A DNA stretch of 64,000 nt from an uncultured Candidatus Rokubacteria bacterium (GTDB lineage Bacteria > Methylomirabilota > Methylomirabilia > Rokubacteriales > CSP1-6). Numbering within the stretch: position 1 is the first letter of the stretch; every line of letters begins with the position of its first letter. Both the position numbers and the translations under genes were made by a program. Of this stretch, positions 28,501 through 38,002 are shown in pieces. The notes under the pieces were generated by a model. It searched no databases. It was given only the letters and a program-made list of their open reading frames with translations, and was not told the origin of the DNA. The DNA lies in contig CAVXJS010000011.1 in the NCBI GenBank assembly GCA_963762145.1, forward strand, positions 192,001 to 256,000, read 5' to 3'.

Positions 28501-29377
28501 GGATTCGGGGCATACCTTCCCCGCGATCCAGCCCTCGACGGTCGCGGCAGGTGCGGTCTTCTTCGTCAGTCAGGTCGCCGGGGCGGGCGAGCGTCGCGCG
28601 AGAGCCGCCGGATCGTCGAGAGCCCAGTCGCGGACCGCGGCGACCTGGCATTGATCCTTGATCGAGTAGGACTGGCCGGTGCAGTCCCTAGGCTCGGCCA
28701 GAGCTCCGCGATCACGATGCTGTCACCGCCATCGCCGCGTCCCACGCGGTCTCGAAGGGCCAGAGTCGAGCGCGCGCCTCCAGGGCCGGGTGTGTGAGTA
28801 AGCGGTGGACCGCGGGCAGGCCCACCAGGGTCTGCGAGCCGACCGAGGCGCGGGTGTAGAGCTTCCACGGGCTCTGGATGCGCCGTGACGCCAGCCGCCG
28901 CTCGACCAGCCGGCCGTCGCTGATGCGCGGGGGGAACGGGCGCGGCCGCGTCGGGCTCAGGTGCGGATAGCGTGGCCCGCGGGATGGCCCCAGAACGGCC
29001 CCTCGAAGCCCCCGCCGAACGCGGCCTGGATCTCGCGGTTCAGGATCCCGGCGACCTCGAACCGATTATTCGCCGCCGTCGGGCTCGTCGCGGATCAGGC
29101 TGTCCAGCCTGGCGCAGAGCGCGCGCCCCGCCGGCAGGCCCGCGTCGGCCGGATAGCCGAAGGCGAAGTCGAAGCCCACGAGCGCAGCGCCGGGCTCTCC
29201 GACGAGCAGGCCGAAGATGAAGGCTTCCGCCTCGGGCCGGGTGCGGAAGTAGCTGCGGCGCCGGCCGCGGCTCACCGGCGCGGCCCCACGCGACCCAGCA
29301 GCGATCCCGCGCGGGCCTCGCCGGGCCCGGGTCGAGGCCGCCGACCAGTCCGCCACGACGACCAGCCGGAAGCTCAG
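28497..29377 (-). CDS. DUF429-like / RNase H-fold hypothetical protein, frameshifted
   Basis: VADWSAAS, LVGFDFAFGYP, NNRFEVA, GPFWG, WKLY...VGSQTL.GLP, WPFET, AELWPSL, EGWI spread over frames. Confidence 0.6.
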
Positions 29378-30405
29378 GGCGTGAGGACGATCTTGCCGAA
29401 CTGCTTGCCCTCCGCAAGGCGGCGCTGGGCCTCGACGCCCTCGCGCAACGGCATCACGGTGTCCACGATGGCCCGCAGCCGCCCGGCGAAGAGCTGGCCC
29501 ATGACCGTGTTGAACTCCGCGTCGTTCGACATCGTGGAGCCGATGATCGAGAGCTGCTTCCAGAACACGAGGCGGATATCGGTCTCGGCGATCGGGCCCG
29601 ACGTCGCGCCGCACGTGACGATACGGCCGCCCTTGGCCACGGTGCGGATCGCGCCCTTCCAGGTGGCGGCGCCCACGTTCTCCAGGATCACGTCCACCCC
29701 GCGCCGGCCCGTCTTCTGGCCGATCACCTTCACCCAGTCTTCCTTCGAGTAGTTGATGCACTCGTCGGCGCCGAGGGCCCGCGCGCGCTCGAGCTTGTCG
29801 TCGCTGGAGGAGGTGACCCACACGCGCGCGCCGCAGAGCTTGCCGATCTGCACCGCGGTGGAGGAGACGCCGCCGCCCACGCCGAGGATCAGCAGGTCCT
29901 CGCCCGCGCGCAGCCGGGCCTGGGTGACCAGCATGCGCCAGGCGGTCATGTTCACGAGGATGAAGGCCGCCGCGTCCTCGTAGGTGATCGCGTCGGGCAG
30001 GGGGAGGACGTGGCGCGCGTCCACCTTCACGTACTCGGCGAGCCCGCCGTGGGTGTGCTCGCCCAGGATGCCGTAGCGCACGCACAGGCTGTGCTCGCCG
30101 CGGCGGCAGTATTCGCAGCGTGCCGTCAGGAGAGATTCGGGTTGACGGCGACGCGGATGCCGACCCTCACGTCCGCGCACGTCCGCGCCCACGCCGGCCA
30201 CGTCACCGGCGATATCGCAGCCGGTCCAGAACGGCATCGGCAGCGTGAGGCCGGGCAGGCCCTCGCGCACGAAGAGATCGAGGTGGTTGAGGGCGGCCGC
30301 GCGCACGCGGACCAGCACGTCGCCCGCCCCGATGGCCGGGTCCGCGACGTCCCGGTACTGCAGCTTCTCGAGCCCGCCGTGCTCCTGGAACGCGAGCGCC
30401 TTCAA
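29374..30405 (-). CDS. Zn-dependent alcohol dehydrogenase / quinone oxidoreductase (MDR family)
   Basis: TTG start overlapping ccr stop; ALNHLD, C.YC..GE.SLC, G.GGGV, CGATSG, FGKIVL; compensating indels ~30120-30175. Confidence 0.88.
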   Translation of the reverse strand: MKALAFQEHGGLEKLQYRDVADPAIGAGDVLVRVRAAALNHLDLFVREGLPGLTLPMPFWTGCDIAGDVAGVGADVRGREGRHPRRRQPESLLTARCEYCRRGEHSLCVRYGILGEHTHGGLAEYVKVDARHVLPLPDAITYEDAAAFILVNMTAWRMLVTQARLRAGEDLLILGVGGGVSSTAVQIGKLCGARVWVTSSSDDKLERARALGADECINYSKEDWVKVIGQKTGRRGVDVILENVGAATWKGAIRTVAKGGRIVTCGATSGPIAETDIRLVFWKQLSIIGSTMSNDAEFNTVMGQLFAGRLRAIVDTVMPLREGVEAQRRLAEGKQFGKIVLTP

Positions 30406-31640
30406 GCGGCGCCGAGTCCCGCCTTCGGCGCGTTCACCAGCACCGCCATGTTGCCGTAGGGATGCTTGTTCTCGAGCATGAGCTGGTGGCACTCGGCCAG
30501 CTCGTCGTAACCATACGTCTGCGACAGGCACGGGTCCACCTTGCCCGCGTCCACCAGCTTCGTCACCGCCAGGGCCTGCTGGTCGTTCGAGAGGTGGCTG
30601 CCCTGGAAGCGCTTCTGGCGCATCCAGTGATAGCGCAGGTCGAGCGTGACGTTGTAGCCGGTGGTGCCCGCGCAGATCACGATCATGCCGCCGGTGCCGC
30701 AGACGAACTCGGACGTCGGCAGGGTCGCTTCGCCCGGGTGCTCGAAGACGATCCTCGGGCTGGTGCGCTCTCCGAGCGCGTCCCAGATCGCCTTGCCGAA
30801 GGCCCGCGCGCCCTTGGCCCAGTTGCCGTAGGCCTTGCCGTCCTTGGTGTCGGGCATCGGGCCCCAGTGGTCGAACTGGGAGCGATTGATGACCCCGACC
30901 GCGCCGTGCTCCATGCAGAACTTCTTCTTGGCGTCGTCGGAGACCACCGCGATGGCGCGGCCGCCCTGCGCGCGGACGATCTCGAGCGCGAGGCTGCCGA
31001 GGCCGCCGGTGGCGCCCCAGACCAGCACCACGTCGCCCTTCTCGACGGTGTGCGGCTCCCAGCCCATCAGCATGCGGTAGGCGGTGGAGGCGCAGAGCAG
31101 GAAGCAGCCGGCCGCCTCCCAGGTGAGCCGCTTCGGCTTGGCGATGCACTGATGCGCCTGGGCGCGCGCGAACTGGCAGTAGCTGCCGTAGTTCGTCTGG
31201 TAGCCCCAGATGCGGGTGGACTCGGCGAGCATCGGATCCTTGCCGGAGAGCACCCACGGGTCGTCGGGTCGCCACCACCCGCTGTGCACGATGACCTCGT
31301 CGCCCACCTTGACGTTCTTGACGTCCTTGCCGATGGCCCACACGATGCCGGAGCAGTCGCTGCCGCCGGCGTGGAAGTCCTCGGGCTCGCCCAGCTTCAG
31401 GCGCTCCGCGATGACGTCGAGCGGCTGGCCCAGCGCGGCCCACACGTTGTTGTAGTTGATGCCCGAGGCCATCACGTAGACCAGCACCTCGTCGGGGCCG
31501 ATGGTCGGCGTCGGCAGCACCTCGCGCTTCCACGCGTCGCGCGGCTGGCCGAAGCGGTTCTGCCGGACCGCGAACGCGTGCATCCGCTTCGGGACTTCTC
31601 CGAGCGGCGGCTTGTCACCCAGGTCGTAGAGGTCTGCCAT
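30402..31640 (-). CDS. ccr: Crotonyl-CoA carboxylase/reductase
   Basis: PPLGEVP..M.A, GINYNNVWAALG.P, GGSD.SGIVW, IWGY, VFEHPGE.T, CAGTTGYN, RY.WMRQKR.QGSH. Confidence 0.93.
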   Translation of the reverse strand: MADLYDLGDKPPLGEVPKRMHAFAVRQNRFGQPRDAWKREVLPTPTIGPDEVLVYVMASGINYNNVWAALGQPLDVIAERLKLGEPEDFHAGGSDCSGIVWAIGKDVKNVKVGDEVIVHSGWWRPDDPWVLSGKDPMLAESTRIWGYQTNYGSYCQFARAQAHQCIAKPKRLTWEAAGCFLLCASTAYRMLMGWEPHTVEKGDVVLVWGATGGLGSLALEIVRAQGGRAIAVVSDDAKKKFCMEHGAVGVINRSQFDHWGPMPDTKDGKAYGNWAKGARAFGKAIWDALGERTSPRIVFEHPGEATLPTSEFVCGTGGMIVICAGTTGYNVTLDLRYHWMRQKRFQGSHLSNDQQALAVTKLVDAGKVDPCLSQTYGYDELAECHQLMLENKHPYGNMAVLVNAPKAGLGAA

Positions 31641-31654
31641 GAATGCCTCCGGGC

Positions 31655-32464
31655 CTATCGGCCCTTGAAGTTGGCGCGCTTCCGCTCGGCGGCGGCCTTG
31701 AGGCCCGCCTTGCGGTCCTCGGAGAGGAGCGGGCCGGAGCACTGCGCCGTCTCCCAGTCGAGCCACGCGCCCATGTCGCCGTAGTAGGTGCCGTTGATCG
31801 CCCGCTTCGCGGCCTGCACCGCGAGCGGGGCGTTGGCCGCGATCTCGCCGGCCAGCTCGGCCACGCGGGCCTGCAGCTCCCCCGCGGGGTACACCGCCTG
31901 CACGAGCCCGATGCGGAGCGCCTCCGCGGCGTCGAAGCGCCGGGCGGAGTAGATCAGCTCCTTGGCCTTCCCGATGCCGACCGTGCGCGGGAGCCGCTGC
32001 GTGCCGCCCATGTCGGGCACGAGGCCGAGCTGCACCTCGGGGATCGAGAAGAGGGTGCCCTCGGCGGCGAGGCGCACGTCGCAGCAGAGCGCCAGCTCGA
32101 GGCCCGCCCCCATGCAGGCGCGCTGGATGGCACCGATGACCGGCACGCGGAGCGCCTCCACCGCCGAGAAGGACGCCTGGTGCCCGGCCAGGTGCTGGCG
32201 GATGCGGTCCAGGGCCTGGCCGGGGGACATATCCTCGAGCGCGGTGCTGAGGGTCGAGCCCGCCTTCACGTCGAGGCCGGCGCAGAAGCAGCCGCCCGCG
32301 CCCATCAGGACGGCCACGCGCACGTCGGGGGCGGCGTCCACGACCTTGCAGGCCTCGCCGATGCCGTGCCACATCTCGTTGTCGAGCGCGTTCAGCCGCT
32401 CCGGCTTGTTGAGCATGATGGTGGCGACGTCGCCCTTGATCTCCACCTGCACCTTGTCGGTCAT
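31655..32464 (-). CDS. Enoyl-CoA hydratase/isomerase
   Basis: LNKPERLNAL, FCAGLD, GAGLELALCCD.R, PEVQLGLVPDMGGTQRL. Confidence 0.93.
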   Translation of the reverse strand: MTDKVQVEIKGDVATIMLNKPERLNALDNEMWHGIGEACKVVDAAPDVRVAVLMGAGGCFCAGLDVKAGSTLSTALEDMSPGQALDRIRQHLAGHQASFSAVEALRVPVIGAIQRACMGAGLELALCCDVRLAAEGTLFSIPEVQLGLVPDMGGTQRLPRTVGIGKAKELIYSARRFDAAEALRIGLVQAVYPAGELQARVAELAGEIAANAPLAVQAAKRAINGTYYGDMGAWLDWETAQCSGPLLSEDRKAGLKAAAERKRANFKGR

Positions 32465-33497
32465 CGCTGGCCCCTATCTACGCCGTTGAAGGCCCGCACC
32501 ATCGCGGGCAGGCGCGGATCGTTGACGTTCGGCTGGTACGGCTGGTAGAGCCCGGTGCGATCCAGCAGGCCCTGGTAGCGCTCCGTGATCTTCGCGTGCA
32601 GGTTCTCGTAGGTCGCGGTCACCGCGTAGGTGTCGAGCATCTCGTCGGTGATGAGATCGGCCATGCCCTTCCAGTCGCCCTCCACCGACTTGCGGTGGAG
32701 CTGGCCGGTGACGGCTTCCCAGCCGTGCGCGGCCAGCACCGGCTGGTAGGTGCGCGTGGAGCCGTAGAAAGCGATCTGCTGCTTGACGGTCTGCGCCTGT
32801 GCGGCCCGCTCCTTCTCGCTGTCGCCCACCACCACGAACGTGGCGGTGGCGTAGGTGAAGTCCTTGCGGGAGCGCCCGGAGCGCTTCAGAGCCCTCCTCG
32901 ACCGCCGGGTGGACGATCTCGCGGAGGTATTTCGGCGAGTTGAACGGGTGCACGTGCATCCCGTCGCACAGCTCGCCCGCGATGCGGCACATCAGCGGGT
33001 TCACCGCCGCGATGTAGATCGGGATCTTCGGGTGATCGATGGGCCCCGGATTGAAGAACGGGGTCATGATGTCGAACGTGTAGAACTGCCCCTTGAAGCT
33101 GAGCTTGGTCCCGTTCTGCCAGCAGTCCCAGATGGTGCGGATGGCCCGGATGGCCTCCGCCATCTTCGGTCCGGGCGACTCGAACTTCACCGAGAAGCGC
33201 CGCTCGTTGTGCGCCTTCACCTGGGTGCCCAGCCCGAGCGTGAACCGCCCCGCCGGAGGCCTTCTGCAGGTCCCAGGCGATGTGCGCGGTGATCATGGGG
33301 CTCCGCGAGAAGACCGTCGCGATGTTGGTGCCGAGCTTGATGCGCGACGTCGAGGTCGCGGCCACCGCTACCGGCAGGTACGGGTCGTGCTGGGTCTCGG
33401 ACGACCAGAGGCAGTCGTAGCCCATGGCCTCGACCTTCCGGGCGTAGTCGGGGAGGCTCTTGAGATCATGGGTCAGCATGGACACGTCGAGCTTCAC
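32461..33497 (-). CDS. LLM-class, probably F420-dependent, oxidoreductase (TIGR03617-like; frameshifts ~33250, ~32890)
   Basis: GTG with GAGGAG RBS; ETQHDP, SRSPM..AWDLQ, LGLGTQVKAHNERRF, MTPFFNPGP, IAFYGST.TY. Confidence 0.85.
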
Positions 33498-33539
33498 GGG
33501 CGTTCTCCTCGCTGAGGGTTCGGCCAGAAGCATACCTTA

Positions 33540-33575
33540 CCCTCTCCCCGCTGGGGAGAGGGCTAGGGTGAGGGG
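33540..33575. repeat. BoxC/REP-like intergenic palindrome
   Basis: CCCTCTCCCC-GCT-GGGGAGAGGG hairpin followed by CTAGGGTGAGGGG, matching the CCCTCACCCT..CCCTCTCCC..GGGAGAGGG repeat family. Confidence 0.8.
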
Positions 33576-33611
33576 AGAGGAGGTGAGGGGAGTCGAGGGG
33601 TACCATGTGTC

Positions 33612-34836
33612 GTGCCCCTCTACCGCGGCTGGTCCGTCGTCATCGCCTGCGGGATCCTCGCGAGCTTCTCCTGGGGCCTCGGCTTCTACGGCCTTGGCGT
33701 CTACCTGCACGCCCTCAATCACCGGCACGGCTGGTCCACCGGCCTGATCTCGTTGGCGGTGACGGTCTACTACTCGCTCAGCGCGGGATGCCTCGTGGTC
33801 GTCGGCGGTCTCATCGACCGTCACGGCCCCCGCGGGGTGCTGACCTACGGCGTGGTCACGATGGCCGCCGCGGTGGCGCTGCTGGGCCTGATCACCGCCC
33901 CGTGGCAGCTCTTCGTCGTCTACGTGGTGATGGCCACGTCGTGGTCCTGTCTCAGCTCAACCGGTCTCAGCAGCACGCTGCTGCCCTGGTTCGGCCGCCG
34001 CCAGGGGCTCGCGATGACGCTGGCCCTGACCGGCGCGAGCGTGGGCGGCATGGTGCTGGTGCCGATCCTGGTCGCGCTGGCGCAGCGCCGCGGCTTCCAG
34101 TTCGCGACGACGTCCGTGAGCCTGGCCCTGCTCGCGATCGGCCTCCCGCTCGTCTGGCTGGTGATCCGCGGGCGGCCTACTCCGGCTCAGGTGGCCATCG
34201 AGCTCGGCCGCGACGGCGGGTCCGAAGCGCCGGGCGAGGGGACGCGTCCAGTCGAGAACCTGGACGCGGCACGAGGTCCTGCGCGTACCGCGGCTCTGGA
34301 CGCTGATGGTGCCGTTTGCCCTGGCCCTGGCCGCCCAGGTCGGCTTCCTCGTCCACCAGATCAGCGTGCTCGAGCCCTATCTCGGCGAGAGCCACGCCGC
34401 GCTGACGGTGAGCGCCACCACCGTGGCCGCGCTGCTCGGCCGCATCGCCATCGGCGTGCTCTCGGACCGCGTGAACCTGCGCAAGCTCTCCGCGGTCAAC
34501 ATCGGCGCCCAGGGCGCGGCGCTGGCGGTGATGGCTGCGTGGCCGTCGCCCGCGGTGCTGGTGGCCGCCAGCCTGGTCTTCGGCCTGGGGGTGGGCAACC
34601 TCATCACGTTCCCGCCGCTGCTCGCCCGCGTCGAGTTCGGCCCGCGCTCGTTCGGCACCGTGTTCGGCCTGGTGGGCGCGGCGACGCAGGCCGGCGTCGC
34701 GCTCGGCCCGGGGCTCATGGGGCTGCTGCACGATCTGCTCGGGAGCTACCAGACCGCGCTCTGGTGTCTGGTGGCGCTGGAAGGGATCGCGGCGGTCTCG
34801 GTCCTCGGAGGCCGGGCGGGCCGCGACGAAGGCTAG
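33612..34836 (+). CDS. MFS transporter (frameshift ~34250-34290)
   Basis: GGLIDRHGPR, WF.RRQGLA..LALTGAS.GG, second half in ORF 34306..34836. Confidence 0.85.
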
Positions 34837-35429
34837 GCCGGCCGGGCGACCGCGGACCGGATGATGGTCGTGGCCGACGCGCAGAACATCCCGGCGATCA
34901 CCAGCCCCACGAGGAGATCCGGCCAGCCCGTCGCGGTGACCGCGACGGCCGCGCCCGCGACGATGACGCCCGCATTGCTCGCCACGTCGTTCAACGAGCA
35001 CAGCCACGCGGAGCGCATGTTGACGTCGTCGCCGCGCCGGCGCCACAGCAGGACGAGGCACGCCGCGTTCGCGACCAGCGCGAGGCTGCCGACGACGCCC
35101 ATCGTCTGCGCGTCCGGCGGCAGTCCGTGCAGGAGCTTCGTGACGACCTGCGCGAGGACGCCGACCCCGAAGGCGGCCATGATCAGTCCCTTCAGCCGCG
35201 CGGCGCGTGCCTGCCATCCCACGCCCCGCCCGACCGCGTAGAGACTGAAGCCATACGCGACGGCGTCGCCGAGCATGTCCGCCGAGTCCGCGAGGAGGGC
35301 GGTCGAGCGGGCGCCGATGCCGGCCACGAGCTCGACGACGAACATCACCGCGTTGATGCTCAGCACGACCCACAGCAGCCGGCGTTGCCGCGCCGGCACG
35401 TCGACCCGGATCTCGCAACAGTCCCGCAT
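34833..35429 (-). CDS. Cation diffusion facilitator-type metal transporter
   Basis: N-terminal CC, NAVMF.VE, ALLADSADMLGDA, NMRSAWLCS.ND. Confidence 0.88.
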   Translation of the reverse strand: MRDCCEIRVDVPARQRRLLWVVLSINAVMFVVELVAGIGARSTALLADSADMLGDAVAYGFSLYAVGRGVGWQARAARLKGLIMAAFGVGVLAQVVTKLLHGLPPDAQTMGVVGSLALVANAACLVLLWRRRGDDVNMRSAWLCSLNDVASNAGVIVAGAAVAVTATGWPDLLVGLVIAGMFCASATTIIRSAVARPA

Positions 35430-35488
35430 GGCCTCCAGTGTGCCAGACGCGCCGCGGTATGGTATATCCGTCCGAAAGGGAGGGCGCC

Positions 35489-36154
35489 ATGGCCAAGAAG
35501 GGGACCGGGCTTCTGATGGTGTGGGCGGATGTGCCCGCCGACAAGGAAGAGGAGTTCAACCGGTGGTACAACGAGGAGCACCTGCCGGAGCGCATGGCGA
35601 TCCCGGGATTCCTCGGCGGCGCGCGCTACGAGGCGGTGAAGGGCGGCCCGAAGCACCTGGCCGTCTACGAGCTCGAGAGCGCCGCGGTGATGGAGAGCCC
35701 CGCCTACAAGAAGGTCCAGGGCAACCCCACGCCGTGGACGAAACGGATCGGGCCCCAGGCCATCGGCACCCCGTTCATCCGCAACATCTACACGATGATC
35801 CACCCCGAGGCGCTCACCCCGGCGATCGCGGGGGCCCCGATGGCGCCCGCCCTCCAGCTCGGGCGCATGGACGTGCCCGCGGCGGTCGACCGCGAGTTCA
35901 ACGAGTGGTACAACACGGTCTACGTCCCGAACTACGAGAAGGTGCCGGGCGTGATCCGCGGCCGCCGGTACCGGGCGGTGGAGGGCACGCCGACCTACCT
36001 CACGTTCTACGAGTTCGAGAACCCGAACGTCTCCGAGAGCCGCGCGTGGCAGACCCAGCGCGACGCCGCCCCGATCAACGCAAAGATGCGGCTGCACATG
36101 AACCACGCGCCGGGCTCGCCGGGGGTCTACGTCAAGACGGTCGAGCTCCCGTAG
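35489..36154 (+). CDS. Tandem dimeric alpha/beta-barrel (EthD/DUF4286-like) protein
   Basis: Two repeats of EFN.WYN..H/Y.P....PG....RY, YELE/YEFE. Confidence 0.75.
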   Translation: MAKKGTGLLMVWADVPADKEEEFNRWYNEEHLPERMAIPGFLGGARYEAVKGGPKHLAVYELESAAVMESPAYKKVQGNPTPWTKRIGPQAIGTPFIRNIYTMIHPEALTPAIAGAPMAPALQLGRMDVPAAVDREFNEWYNTVYVPNYEKVPGVIRGRRYRAVEGTPTYLTFYEFENPNVSESRAWQTQRDAAPINAKMRLHMNHAPGSPGVYVKTVELP

Positions 36155-36982
36155 TCACTCCTGGGCCGCGCTGCGTACGCTCTGCATCTTGGGGTCGAGG
36201 AGGTCGCGCAGGCCGTCGCCGAAGAGGTTGAGGCCGAGGATGCAGGCCATGATGGCGGCGCCCGGGAACAGGGTCAGCCAGGGCGCCTGCTGGAGATAGA
36301 GGCGGCCTTCCGCCAGCACGTTGCCCCAGGATGGGATCTGGGGCGGCACGCCGACCCCGAGGAACGACAGCGCGGCCTCGCCGAGGACGGCCGCCGCGAA
36401 GATGAACGTGCCCTGCACGATGACCGGCGAGAGGCAGTTCGGCAGCACGTGGCGCGCCAAGACGAGCAGGTCGGGTACCCCCAGGGCGAGCGCGGCCTCG
36501 ACGTAGGGCGTCTCGCGGATCACCAGCACCGAGCCGCGCACGATGCGCGCCACGCGCGGCACGTACACGATGCCGAGCGCCACGATGACGTTGAGCACGC
36601 TCGGCCCGAGCGACGCCATGAGCGCGATGGCCAGGATGATGCCGGGGAACGCCATGAACCCGTCCATGATCCGCATCAGGACGTTGTCGAGCGGCCGGTA
36701 GTAGCCGCCGAGCAGGCCGAAGACGATCCCGCCTGCGAACGAGAAGAGCACCACCACGCCGCCCACCAGCATCGAGAGCCGGGTGCCGTAGATCACCCGG
36801 CTCCAGACGTCCCGGCCCACGTCGTCGGTGCCGATCCAGTGGGCCAGCGGTGGGCGGCGGCCAGGCGCGCCTTGACGTCGAGGAGCTGCGGGTCCCACCG
36901 CCCGATGGCGAGCGACGGCGACGACACGTTGACGGCGACGAGGCAGGTTGAGGGATCTTCCACCAGGAACGCGCCGAGTCAT
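36155..36982 (-). CDS. Peptide ABC transporter permease (DppC-like; 5' indels)
   Basis: HWIGTDDVGRDV.SR, HVLPN, EAALSFLGVG.PP..PSWG, GDGLRD.LDP. Confidence 0.9.
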   Translation of the reverse strand: MTRRVPGGRSLNLPRRRQRVVAVARHRAVGPAAPRRQGAPGRRPPLAHWIGTDDVGRDVWSRVIYGTRLSMLVGGVVVLFSFAGGIVFGLLGGYYRPLDNVLMRIMDGFMAFPGIILAIALMASLGPSVLNVIVALGIVYVPRVARIVRGSVLVIRETPYVEAALALGVPDLLVLARHVLPNCLSPVIVQGTFIFAAAVLGEAALSFLGVGVPPQIPSWGNVLAEGRLYLQQAPWLTLFPGAAIMACILGLNLFGDGLRDLLDPKMQSVRSAAQE

Positions 36983-37051
36983 GGCGATGCGGGGCCCGCC
37001 GCCGCAGGAGCCCGCATCGGGCCACCGCCACGCGGGCCGCCCGTCGATCGC

Positions 37052-37996
37052 TCACTGGTAGCGAATCCGCGGATCGAGCGTCAGGTAGGCCAGATCCACC
37101 AGCAGGTTGATCATGGTGTAGGTGAGCGCGATGATCAGGACCACGCCCTGGATCACCGGGTAGTCGCGCCGGAGCACCGCCGAGATGATGAGCCGTCCCA
37201 GCCCCGGGATGTTGAACACGGTCTCGATCACCACCGCGCCGCCGATCAGGATCGCGAAGGTGATGCCGATCACGGTCAGGGTCGGGATGATCGCGTTCTT
37301 GAGCGCGTGCTTGTAGACCACCGTCCGCTCGGCCAGGCCCTTGGCGCGGCTGGCCAGGATGTACTGCTCGCGCAGCACGTCGAGCATGCTCGAGCGGGTG
37401 ATGCGGGCGATCAGCGCGGACTGCACGAGGCCCAGCGAGATCGCCGGCATGAGCAGCGAGCGCGCGTTGGGCCAGAGGCCCATGTCGAGCGGCACGTAGC
37501 CCGCCACCGGCAGCCAGCGGAGCCAGACCCCGAAGACCAGGATCATGAGGAGCCCGAGCAGGAAGTTGGGGATGGAGAGGCCGATCAGGGCCAGCCCCAT
37601 GAAGGACTGGTCCACCGTGGTGTTGTGATAGCGCGCCGACACGATGCCGGCCGGCACGCCGATGAGCACCGCGATCAGGGTGGCCCAGCTCGTCAGCAGC
37701 AGGGTCGGCTCGAGGCGCTCCAGGATCGCCTCGGTGACCGGGCGGCGCAGGAAGATGGAATCGCCCAGGTCCCCGCGCAGGAGGCGCCCGTACCAGTGCC
37801 AGAGCTGGGCGGGCAGGGACTCGTCGAGGCCCAGCTGCGTGCGCAGGCGCGCCACGTCGCCCGGCGTCGCGTCCGGCCCGGCGATGATGCTGGCCGGATC
37901 GCCAGGCGCGAGGTGGATCAGCACGAACGTCACGGTGGCCACCACGAGCATCACCGGGATGACCGCCAGCACCCGGCGCAGCAGGTAGGTCTGCAC
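37052..37996 (-). CDS. Peptide ABC transporter permease (DppB-like)
   Basis: LAPGDPA, GDLGDS, TRSSMLDVL, HALKNA, ETVF..PGLG, RDYP. Confidence 0.93.
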   Translation of the reverse strand: MQTYLLRRVLAVIPVMLVVATVTFVLIHLAPGDPASIIAGPDATPGDVARLRTQLGLDESLPAQLWHWYGRLLRGDLGDSIFLRRPVTEAILERLEPTLLLTSWATLIAVLIGVPAGIVSARYHNTTVDQSFMGLALIGLSIPNFLLGLLMILVFGVWLRWLPVAGYVPLDMGLWPNARSLLMPAISLGLVQSALIARITRSSMLDVLREQYILASRAKGLAERTVVYKHALKNAIIPTLTVIGITFAILIGGAVVIETVFNIPGLGRLIISAVLRRDYPVIQGVVLIIALTYTMINLLVDLAYLTLDPRIRYQ

Positions 37997-38002
37997 GCCT
38001 CC

